From Vulcanimicrobiales bacterium (GTDB taxonomy: Bacteria > Vulcanimicrobiota > Vulcanimicrobiia > Vulcanimicrobiales > Vulcanimicrobiaceae), in the NCBI GenBank assembly GCA_038231455.1, contig JBBRLI010000013.1, forward strand, positions 1 through 64,000: a stretch of DNA of 64,000 bases, in the 5' to 3' direction. Below the pieces are notes generated by a model. That model did no database searches, was not told where the DNA came from, and worked only from the letters and a program-made list of their open reading frames with translations. Within the stretch, counting starts at the first letter, position 1, and the number at the start of each line of letters is the position of its first letter. Below, in pieces: positions 56,121-64,000 of this stretch. The position numbers were made by a program, and so were the translations under genes.

Positions 56121-58234
56121 TGACGATCGGACGTTCGAACTTTCTGCGCGTCGTCGGTGCCGCCGGTGCGGCGCTCGCGCTCGGTATCGAGAGCGCACCG
56201 CCCGAAGCGCTCGCCGGTCAAACGTTTTCGCCGGTCGCGTGGGTGCGCATGAGCCCCGATGGTCTGACGACGGTGATGATGAGCCAAAGCGAGATGGGGC
56301 AAGCGATCACGACCGGTCTTGCGATGCTCGTCGCCGAGGAACTCGACGTCCCGTTTTCGACCGTGCGGTTCGAGATGGCACCGGTCGATCCCAAGTTCTA
56401 CAACCCGGTTTCGCACGAGATGTCGACTGGCGGCAGCAAGAGCACGCCCACGTTGACTCCCGTGATGCGACTTGCAGGCGCGACAGCGCGGGCGATGATC
56501 GTTGCCGCTGGGGCGCAAACGTGGAACGTCGATCCCAAAACGTGCACGACCTCGGATGGTATCGTGACCGGTCCCGCCGGTCAAACAGCAAAATTTACCG
56601 CGCTTCTGGACCTCGCTGCAACGCTTCCCATCCCCGATGCAAAGACGATCGTCCTCAAAACGCCGGATCGTTTCAAGCTCATCGGCACGCGTCAGCGGCG
56701 ACTCGACCTCGTTCCGAAAACGAACGGGACCGCGGTGTACGGAATCGACGTCAAGGTCCCCGGTATGAAGTATGCCTCGATCGAAAAACCGCTGCAAATC
56801 GGCGGCACGATCGCGACGTTCGACGCCGCGGCCGCGCTGAAGATGCCAGGCGTCCGAAGCGTTTTTCGCGTTCCCTCCGGTATCGCTGTGGTAGCGGATA
56901 ACACGTGGGCCGCGTTTCAAGGACGCAAGGCGCTCAAAGTGACCTACACTGCGGGTCCAAACGCCGGCGTTTCCACCGCATCGATCTATGGCAAGGCACG
57001 CGAACTCGTCAAGACCGACGGCGCGGTGATCAAGTCGGTCGGCGATGCGAAAGCGGCGATCGCCGCTGGCAAACCCATCGTCGCAAATTACGAGACGCCG
57101 TATCTCGCGCACGCGCCGATGGAGCCGATGAATACGACTGCCGACGTACGCGCGGATCGCGTAACGCTCTGGTCGCCCACGCAAGCGCCGACGCGCGCGC
57201 AAGCGGCCGCTGCAAAAATCACCGGTCTTCCGCTCGAAGCGGTGTTCGTCAATACGACGTTTCTGGGCGGCGGTTTCGGCCGCCGCAGCGAGACGGATTT
57301 CGTCGCCGATGCGGTCCACGTTTCCAAAGCGGCGGGCGTTCCGATCAAACTGGTTTGGACGCGCGAGGACGATATTCGCAACGATCCGTATCGCGCCGGA
57401 ACCATTCACGCACTGAGCGCGACGCTCGCGGCCGACGGGCGCATCGATGCGTATCGACACACGGTTGCCAATTCATCGATTGCCGCGCGCACGCGGCCGG
57501 CATCGATCAAGAACGGCGTCGACATGGCCGTCAATCGCGGTACGGGCGATTTCGCCTATGCGATCGGGAAGCAGCTCGTCGACTATCACCTGCTCGACGT
57601 CGCGATTCCGGTCGGCTATTGGCGCGCACCGCTCACCAACGCAAACACGTTCGCGACCGAGTCGTTCATCGATGAAGTCGCGCATGCAGCGGGCAAAGAT
57701 CCGGTCGCCTATCGCCTCTCGATGATCGAACCCGGCTCGCGTGCGGCAGCCGTCCTGCAGCGCGCAGCAAAGCTCGCGGCGTGGGGCTCGCCCTTGCCCA
57801 AAGGCCACGCACACGGCGTCGCGATGGCACGCTGGGATGAAGGCTGGGTTGCAACGATCGCCGAGGTCTCGATGAAAGCCGGGAAGCTCAAAGTACACAA
57901 GCTCACCGCCTCGGTCGACGTCGGGATGCCGATCAACATCGAGGGCATCGAGCAGCAGGTTCCCAGCGCCATGATCTATGGGCTGTCCGCAGCGCTAACC
58001 GGCAAAATCACGTTTGCCGACGGCGTCCCGCAGCAGAAAAACTTTACCGACTACCCGGTCCTCCATATGGCGGACTCTCCGAAATTCGTCGTCGATATCG
58101 TGCGAAATCTCGAGAGCCCGATGGGCGCAGGTGAGATCGGGACGCCGTGCGTCGCACCGGCGCTCGCGAACGCGATCTTCGCGCTAAACGGGAAACGCAT
58201 CCGGACGCTGCCGCTGAACGACGCACTCGCCTAG
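56117..58234 (+). CDS. Molybdopterin-binding subunit (IorB-like)
   Basis: [39 protein letters not shown]; Tat-like N-terminus. Confidence 0.9.
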   Translation: MMTIGRSNFLRVVGAAGAALALGIESAPPEALAGQTFSPVAWVRMSPDGLTTVMMSQSEMGQAITTGLAMLVAEELDVPFSTVRFEMAPVDPKFYNPVSHEMSTGGSKSTPTLTPVMRLAGATARAMIVAAGAQTWNVDPKTCTTSDGIVTGPAGQTAKFTALLDLAATLPIPDAKTIVLKTPDRFKLIGTRQRRLDLVPKTNGTAVYGIDVKVPGMKYASIEKPLQIGGTIATFDAAAALKMPGVRSVFRVPSGIAVVADNTWAAFQGRKALKVTYTAGPNAGVSTASIYGKARELVKTDGAVIKSVGDAKAAIAAGKPIVANYETPYLAHAPMEPMNTTADVRADRVTLWSPTQAPTRAQAAAAKITGLPLEAVFVNTTFLGGGFGRRSETDFVADAVHVSKAAGVPIKLVWTREDDIRNDPYRAGTIHALSATLAADGRIDAYRHTVANSSIAARTRPASIKNGVDMAVNRGTGDFAYAIGKQLVDYHLLDVAIPVGYWRAPLTNANTFATESFIDEVAHAAGKDPVAYRLSMIEPGSRAAAVLQRAAKLAAWGSPLPKGHAHGVAMARWDEGWVATIAEVSMKAGKLKVHKLTASVDVGMPINIEGIEQQVPSAMIYGLSAALTGKITFADGVPQQKNFTDYPVLHMADSPKFVVDIVRNLESPMGAGEIGTPCVAPALANAIFALNGKRIRTLPLNDALA

Positions 58235-58235
58235 C

Positions 58236-58490
58236 ATGGCATGGATTAAAATGCTCGGTCAGATGGCGATCGGTCTTGCGGCAACGGAGCTGAAGAAGCC
58301 CGAGAATCAAGAGCGATTGCGGAAGGCCGCAAACGAGATCGCCGGCGCCATGAAAGACCCCGCAACGCAAAAACAACTGGCGGAGTCGGCAAAGTCCGTC
58401 TCAAGTGAGGTCGCGCGGACGCTCGGCAAACGCGTCGGCTCGATCAAAGAGGCCATCAACATTCTACGGGAGCCGAAGAAGCCGGAGTAA
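58236..58490 (+). CDS. Small amphipathic helical protein (candidate PHA granule-associated protein)
   Basis: 84 aa, Ala/Lys/Glu-rich; 1 nt after the iorB stop and 5 nt before phaC. Confidence 0.55.
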   Translation: MAWIKMLGQMAIGLAATELKKPENQERLRKAANEIAGAMKDPATQKQLAESAKSVSSEVARTLGKRVGSIKEAINILREPKKPE

Positions 58491-58495
58491 ACGCG

Positions 58496-60163
58496 ATGAA
58501 CATGTTCGACCCCTTCAACGTCACCAAAGTCTCGCTCGATATCTGGAAAGCAATGCTGGCGCAGCCCGCCTCGCTGTTCGATGGGCAAGCCGGATTCATG
58601 CGACGCTGGATGGAGCTTGTCGATCAATCGTTTTCGCGCGCGTCGGGTCAAGATGTACCGGATCTCGTCGCTCCGCCCAAAGGCGATAAGCGCTTTGCCG
58701 ATCCGGCCTGGACGGAGAATCCCGCGCTCGATACGATGAAACAAGCCTATTTGATCGCGACCGAGACCACGATGGGCATGCTCTCCGGCGTCTCCGGCGT
58801 TGATCCGGCGACCGTGCGCCGCGCACAATTTTTTGCAAAGCAGTTCACCGATGCGATCAGTCCCTCGAATTTTGCCTGGGTGAATCCGGTCGTCGTCCAA
58901 GAAACGATCCGCACCGGCGGCCAAAATTTGGTCAAAGGCATGCAGAATCTACTGCAAGACATCAACGAAAACGAAGGTCGCGTCGCGCTCGTCGATACGA
59001 GCGCTTTCGAAGTCGGCAAGAACATCGCGACGAGTGAGGGCACCGTCGTCTTCCGGAACGAGCTGATCGAACTCATTCAGTACGCGCCGCGCACCGAGAG
59101 CGTGCATGAGACGCCGCTCGTGATCGTCCCGCCGTGGATCAATAAGTTCTACATCCTGGACTTGCAGCCCGAGAACAGCCTGATCAAATACGCGACCGAA
59201 CAGGGAATCACCACGTTCGTCGTGTCATGGCGCAATCCCGATGCCTCGCTTGCGGATTTTGGGATGGACGACTATCTCGAACTGGGCGCGCATACGGCGT
59301 GTCGCGTAGCCAAAGCCATCGCCGGCTCGGAACGAGTCAACGTGATCGGTTATTGCATCGGCGGCACGCTCGTTTCGATGCTGCTCTCGTACCTTGCAAA
59401 AACGGACGAGCCGCTCGTGAATGCAGCGACGCTTTTTGCCTCGCTCACGGATTTCTCGGATCCCGGCGAGATCATTAATTTTCTCGGTGACGGCGCAATC
59501 GAGTTGATCGAGCAGAAGATGCAAGAGAAAGGTTATCTCACCGGCCGCGAGATGGGCGATACGTTCAACATGCTGCGCGCAAACGACCTAATATGGTCGG
59601 TTGCCGTCAATCGCTATCTGCTCGGGAAAGACGCGCCCGCCTTCGACCTGCTCTACTGGAATCAAGACGCGACGCGTATGCCGCTCAAGATGCACTCGTT
59701 CTATCTGCGCGAGATGTATATCGCAAACAAGCTCGTCGAACCGGGTGCAATCGTCATGAACGACGTGCCGATCGATCTTGGCGATATTCACAGCGACCTC
59801 TACATCGTTGCTGCCCAAGAAGATCATATCGCGCCGTGGCGTTCGGTCTACCGGCTCACGCAAAACGTGCGCGGACAGACGCGTTTTCGCTTGGGGCATT
59901 CCGGGCACATCGCCGGCATCGTGAACGCACCGTCAAAAAACAAAGGCTTCTGGTACGGTCGTGAGGGCGATGCGGCCACGAACAACCCGCCCGATCCGGA
60001 TGTGTGGATCGAGTCGGCACCAAAGCACGAGGGTTCGTGGTGGACGGACTGGTCGGCCTGGATCAAAGACCGATCGGGATCGCTCGTCTCCGCGCGCAGG
60101 ACGGGATCGCACGCGACGTATCCGGCTCTTGCGGCCGCCCCCGGTACGTACGTTCGCGAATAA
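58496..60163 (+). CDS. phaC: Class I polyhydroxyalkanoate synthase
   Basis: DKRF..PAW, PPWINKFYILDL, lipase box GYCIGG, LRANDLIW, EDHIAPW, SGHIAG, GSWW, PGTYV. Confidence 0.93.
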   Translation: MNMFDPFNVTKVSLDIWKAMLAQPASLFDGQAGFMRRWMELVDQSFSRASGQDVPDLVAPPKGDKRFADPAWTENPALDTMKQAYLIATETTMGMLSGVSGVDPATVRRAQFFAKQFTDAISPSNFAWVNPVVVQETIRTGGQNLVKGMQNLLQDINENEGRVALVDTSAFEVGKNIATSEGTVVFRNELIELIQYAPRTESVHETPLVIVPPWINKFYILDLQPENSLIKYATEQGITTFVVSWRNPDASLADFGMDDYLELGAHTACRVAKAIAGSERVNVIGYCIGGTLVSMLLSYLAKTDEPLVNAATLFASLTDFSDPGEIINFLGDGAIELIEQKMQEKGYLTGREMGDTFNMLRANDLIWSVAVNRYLLGKDAPAFDLLYWNQDATRMPLKMHSFYLREMYIANKLVEPGAIVMNDVPIDLGDIHSDLYIVAAQEDHIAPWRSVYRLTQNVRGQTRFRLGHSGHIAGIVNAPSKNKGFWYGREGDAATNNPPDPDVWIESAPKHEGSWWTDWSAWIKDRSGSLVSARRTGSHATYPALAAAPGTYVRE

Positions 60164-60209
60164 AATTCGCGACACGCGGTTGTATACGGTGGTCGCTCCG
60201 TAAATCGTC

Positions 60210-61229
60210 TTACGAGGGCAAACGCAAGAGTTCGCGTGCGTTGCGGTTGTACAGTTTTTCGCGCACATCGTCTGGGAGTTCGAGTGAGTCGAGCGCGCGG
60301 ATCGTCTCGCGGATGAAGAGCGGTCCGCCCTCCGGATCGAACGGGCAATCGGTACCGAAGAGCGAGTGATCGTGGCCGAAGAAATCTAGACCGCAGCGAA
60401 TCGCTGGAGCCGAACCGTTGACCGACGTATCGGCGTAAAATTTCCGGAAGTAATCGACGGGACGTTTCCCCTTCGCGTTCATCGCTTTTACGATGCCCGT
60501 GTAGTCGACGTCGGCCGTGCGCGTGCCCATCTGATCCATGCCAAGACCAACGCGCGCCTCGAGATACGGGACCATCGCGCCCATGTGGTGCGTGATGATC
60601 TTGAGGTTGGGCCAACGATCGAAGAAGCCGGAGAAGACCATGCGGGCCATCGCAGCGCTGGTTTCGTACGGCCATCCAAAGAGCCACCAGATTTCGTACT
60701 TCGACGATTTTTCGCTCGCGTAGTCGGTCATCGATGGACCGCGTGTCGGATGCAACCAAATCGGCAGATCGTAGTCATGCATTTTTTGGAAGATCGGCGC
60801 GAACTCGTCTTCATCGAGCGGACGTCCGTTCACGTTCGTAAAAATTTGAATGCCCTTCGCGCCGAGGTGTTCGATCGCGCGCGTCATTTCCTCAAGCGCG
60901 GCGGGTACGTTGTTCATCGGGAGGGACGCAACCCAAGCGGGAAAACGATCCGGATGCTTGCGAGCGATCTCGGACATCCCGTCGTTTGCAAGGCGCGCCA
61001 GTTCCGGCGAGCTGTCCGGCGGTGCGATCGCCTCGATCGTCGGCAGTGAGAGCGTGAGGACTTGCTGATACTCGCCGAACTCTTCCATCATCTTGAGTCG
61101 CGCGTCCAAATCCCAGAGCACGGGGATATGGAGCCAGCGTTTGATCGCGCCTTTGTCCGGCGCGACTTCGAGCATTCGATCGAAGAACGCCTTGGGGAAG
61201 ATGTGCGGAAAGATATCGATCTTCATCAT
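60210..61229 (-). CDS. Amidohydrolase_2 family protein (ACMSD-like / aromatic acid decarboxylase)
   Basis: IDIFPHI, WLHP, HHMG, FGTDCPF. Confidence 0.85.
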   Translation of the reverse strand: MMKIDIFPHIFPKAFFDRMLEVAPDKGAIKRWLHIPVLWDLDARLKMMEEFGEYQQVLTLSLPTIEAIAPPDSSPELARLANDGMSEIARKHPDRFPAWVASLPMNNVPAALEEMTRAIEHLGAKGIQIFTNVNGRPLDEDEFAPIFQKMHDYDLPIWLHPTRGPSMTDYASEKSSKYEIWWLFGWPYETSAAMARMVFSGFFDRWPNLKIITHHMGAMVPYLEARVGLGMDQMGTRTADVDYTGIVKAMNAKGKRPVDYFRKFYADTSVNGSAPAIRCGLDFFGHDHSLFGTDCPFDPEGGPLFIRETIRALDSLELPDDVREKLYNRNARELLRLPS

Positions 61230-61264
61230 GTGCTCCCGGCGATGTTTTTTGCGATGATGACGAT

Positions 61265-61346
61265 TCATCAGCGTACTGTCAATTCTCCCGCCGACGGAAC
61301 GGGAAGTATGGAGGCAATTGACAGTATGCTGACGATAGGCTACGGT
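61265..61346. promoter_or_regulatory. Divergent promoters carrying an inverted pair of operator boxes (likely MarR sites)
   Basis: TCAGCGTACTGTCAATT (61268-61284) and AATTGACAGTATGCTGA (61316-61332), each containing a TTGACA -35; the + strand -10 is TACGGT at 17 nt. Confidence 0.7.
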
Positions 61347-61371
61347 ACCGAAAATTTGAGGAGGCCGACCA

Positions 61372-61923
61372 GTGGGCACGAATCGCTCCCGGCAACACGG
61401 CATCGATCGTTGGGTACGCGACGAACGACTGGGCGCGATCTATCGCCGTCCCGGCTTTATGATCCGGCGCGCCCACCAAGTCGCGATCGGCATTTTTGCT
61501 GAGGAATGCGCCGACCTCGATCTCACGCCGCAGCAACACGGCGTTCTGAGCGCCCTCGCTCGGTTTCCCGGTATCGATCAGATCTCGCTCGGTCGTTTGC
61601 TTGGCCTCGATCGTTCGACCGTTGCCGGTGTCGTCGGACGCCTAAGCGATCGCGGCCTAGTGCGGCGCTCGGTGAGTCGCGTCGACCGGCGTCGTCTCTT
61701 ACTCGCACTTCGGGCTGCCGGGACGCGGGCACTCGAGGCTTCACACGGCGCTGCCGAGCGAGCGCAGGAGCGTTTGCTCGCGCCGCTCTCGGCGAGCGAA
61801 CGAACGCAGTTTCTCACCCTCCTCGAACGCGTTCTCGACGAACACAATCCGAGCACGCGCGTCCCGGTCTCGCACGGTTCGTACGCGGACCCGCGAATGA
61901 CCGCAAACGCGCTGCGTGAGTGA
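61372..61923 (+). CDS. MarR family transcriptional regulator
   Basis: RPGFMIRRAHQ, LTPQQ, DRSTV, RL..RGLV.R, DRR. Confidence 0.9.
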   Translation: MGTNRSRQHGIDRWVRDERLGAIYRRPGFMIRRAHQVAIGIFAEECADLDLTPQQHGVLSALARFPGIDQISLGRLLGLDRSTVAGVVGRLSDRGLVRRSVSRVDRRRLLLALRAAGTRALEASHGAAERAQERLLAPLSASERTQFLTLLERVLDEHNPSTRVPVSHGSYADPRMTANALRE

Positions 61924-61936
61924 AAGAGGCCAGTAC

Positions 61937-62866
61937 ATGAACCGTTCGCATGTCATCGTTTCCAGTGTCGCGTCCTTGCTCGCACTTTCCACGCGGGCAC
62001 GTGCCGAGACGCCGCCGATCAAGATTAGCGTTGCGACGACACCGATCGACATCGGCGCCCAGGTGCTCTTCGCGAAGGACGCGGGTTTCTTCAAGAAAGC
62101 CGGGCTCGATGTCGACGTCCGCTTGATCAACAATGGAGCGGCGATCGCCGCTGCCGTCGCGGGCGGCGCCGTCGATATCGGCCAAGCAAATCTTGTCTCA
62201 CTTGCCACGGCCCACGAACGCGGTTTGCCGTTCGTGTTGATCGCGCCGGGCGGCTACTATTCGAGCGCCGAGCCAACGACGGCGATGCTCGTCGAGAAAT
62301 CCTCGTCCATCAAATCGGCAAAAGATCTTAGCGGCAAAACGATCGCGGTGAGCGGGATCAAGAACATCACGCAAGTCGGTGCGTCGGCGTGGATCGATCA
62401 AAACGGCGGTGATGTGAACGCGATCAAGTGGATCGAACTGCCGTTTCCGCAAATGGCGCCGGCGCTCGCCGCGGGACGCGTCGACGCCGCCGTTATTGCC
62501 GAGCCCGAACTCTCGCAGGCGCTCAGCGCGTCGGCTCGCACGCTTGCAAACGTTTACACCTCGGTTGGAAACGGGTTCATGATCGGCGCGTGGTTTGCCA
62601 AAGGTGACTATGCAAAGGAGCATCCCGATGTGGTGAAGCGCTTTAACGAGGCGATTGTCGAGACATCGAAATGGGCGAATAGCCACCACGCCGAGTCGGC
62701 AAAAATTCTCGAAGCATATACCAAACAAACGATCGAACCGCAGATCAAGCGCGTGCGATTCGTCGAAAAGCTCACCGCCGCCGACGCGCAACCGCTGATC
62801 GACGCAGCAGCGAAATACAAAGTTCTCAAAGCGAGTTTTCCGGCAGCGGAGTTCATCGCCCAGTGA
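61937..62866 (+). CDS. ABC transporter substrate-binding protein (SsuA/NMT1-like)
   Basis: Signal peptide, GFFKKAGLDV, DLSGKTIAV, GRVDAA..EP. Confidence 0.85.
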   Translation: MNRSHVIVSSVASLLALSTRARAETPPIKISVATTPIDIGAQVLFAKDAGFFKKAGLDVDVRLINNGAAIAAAVAGGAVDIGQANLVSLATAHERGLPFVLIAPGGYYSSAEPTTAMLVEKSSSIKSAKDLSGKTIAVSGIKNITQVGASAWIDQNGGDVNAIKWIELPFPQMAPALAAGRVDAAVIAEPELSQALSASARTLANVYTSVGNGFMIGAWFAKGDYAKEHPDVVKRFNEAIVETSKWANSHHAESAKILEAYTKQTIEPQIKRVRFVEKLTAADAQPLIDAAAKYKVLKASFPAAEFIAQ

Positions 62867-63570
62867 TGCCGACACCGCTCGACCCGGCCGTGGTGCGCGG
62901 ACTGCGCGAGACGATTGCGCTCGGCAGCCGGATCCTTGCCAAATTGGAACTGGTTGACTACCTCGGCCATATCAGTGCGCGCGTCCCCGGAAGTGAGTAC
63001 GTCCTCATTCGCGCGCGCGGCGCCGAACAAGGCAGCCAGCTTCACCTTACTCCCGAACAAGTAACCCTCGTCGATCTGGAAGGCGAGCACGTCGAGGGCA
63101 CCTTCCGACAGCCGGATGAAACCAAACTGCACACCGAACTCTACAAAGCGCGACCCGACGTTACCGCAATCGTGCACACACACCAGCCAATCGCAACGAT
63201 CTTCGGCGATCTCGAAAAACCGATCTTGCCGATGCAAGGCGTCATGGCATCCGTCGTTCGTATGGAAATCCCGATCTATCACTCCGCTCGCAAAGTCACC
63301 ACAACCAAACAAGGCGAGGACGTCGCACGGGCCCTTGGCGACAAGATGATCGTCCATTTGCAAAACCACGGCATCACGATCGTCGGCCAGAGCGTCCAAG
63401 AAGTCGTGATTAATGCAATTTGGCTCGAACATCAGGCCAAGCTCACCATGCTCGCCTCGACGATCGGAAACCCGCGCGGAATGAGTCGTGAGGATTTGGA
63501 CATGCAAGCAAAGGACGCGTTTGGACTCGAAGGCCGCTGGCGCTACTACGTGGGTCTACTCGATGACTGA
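62863..63570 (+). CDS. Class II aldolase/adducin family protein
   Basis: GHISAR, E..LH..LY..RPDV.AIVHTH, LQNHG. Confidence 0.88.
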   Translation: MMPTPLDPAVVRGLRETIALGSRILAKLELVDYLGHISARVPGSEYVLIRARGAEQGSQLHLTPEQVTLVDLEGEHVEGTFRQPDETKLHTELYKARPDVTAIVHTHQPIATIFGDLEKPILPMQGVMASVVRMEIPIYHSARKVTTTKQGEDVARALGDKMIVHLQNHGITIVGQSVQEVVINAIWLEHQAKLTMLASTIGNPRGMSREDLDMQAKDAFGLEGRWRYYVGLLDD

Positions 63571-64000
63571 GACGCAAGTGCTGATCGTCGGCGCCGGGCC
63601 GGTCGGACTGACACTCGCACTCGATCTTGGGAAGCGCGGCGTTCGCTGCCTGATCGTCGACCGGAATACGAAGGCGAGCAAACTCCCGAAGATGGAGCGC
63701 TGTAACGCGCGCACGATGGAGATCTACCGTCGACTCGGCGTCGCCGACCGCGTGCGCGCGGCCGGATTGCCGAGCGACGTGCCGATGGACGTGTTCCTCG
63801 CACCGTCGATGGCGGATTCCGCGACCGTGCATCTGCCCTATCCCTCGGTCGACGATGCAAAAGCGCAAATCGCCGCGCGGAACGATGGTTTCCCGCTCGA
63901 ACCGTATCAATTGATATCGCAATACACGATCGAGCCATTGCTGCGTTCGCTCATCGCTGAAGAGCCGACCGTTACGATTCGTTTCGGCTACGATTTCGAA
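63563..64000 (+). CDS. FAD-dependent monooxygenase (aromatic hydroxylase family), truncated by the window end
   Basis: MTETQVLIVGAGPVGLTLALDL..., NARTMEIYRRLG, ISQYTIEPLL; frame open to the window end. Confidence 0.85.
   Translation, partial: MTETQVLIVGAGPVGLTLALDLGKRGVRCLIVDRNTKASKLPKMERCNARTMEIYRRLGVADRVRAAGLPSDVPMDVFLAPSMADSATVHLPYPSVDDAKAQIAARNDGFPLEPYQLISQYTIEPLLRSLIAEEPTVTIRFGYDFE

Overview
A 64 kb, GC-rich window of bacterial chromosome, mostly core and metabolic genes, with no transposase, integrase, phage or CRISPR signal. A Firmicutes-like tig-clpP-clpX block and a PP2C/anti-sigma fusion sit beside outer-membrane proteins (usher, YaiO barrel). This suggests a diderm Terrabacteria lineage such as Eremiobacterota/Vulcanimicrobiota (inference only). 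In order, the window holds: a synthase-type exopolysaccharide locus (frameshifted nucleotide-sugar dehydrogenase, epimerase, YaiO barrel, HEAT protein, GT2 synthase); two tRNA-Lys; a TPR-ATP-grasp protein, two S9 peptidases, ggt and a hydantoinase/5-oxoprolinase A/B pair; tRNA-Leu, tRNA-Gly and tig-clpP-clpX; Uma2 and a thrC-like gene; a four-gene archaic chaperone-usher pilus; DAHP synthase, metY and an ilvC-ilvB-small subunit-leuACDB operon; msrB, a DNA glycosylase, a large Ig-repeat protein, CRP, a diguanylate cyclase and a PAS-PP2C-HATPase; aroC-aroK-aroB-priA; IorAB-like oxidoreductase and phaC; and the start of a MarR-controlled aromatic/N-heterocycle catabolic cluster. The main discovery is four short leader-peptide attenuators within 10 kb (28.8-38.7 kb), none called as such by the ORF track. 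Each has a terminator and a competing antiterminator. They are a Trp/Phe/Tyr leader for DAHP synthase, a Met/Thr/Cys leader for metY, a Leu leader coupled inside the ilv-leu operon, and a Leu/Val/Ile leader for ilvC. Three appear leaderless, with the ATG 7-9 nt after the -10 box, and three of the controlled enzymes appear to lack their usual feedback elements. priA and the PP2C fusion appear to use non-canonical starts (ATT, ACG).
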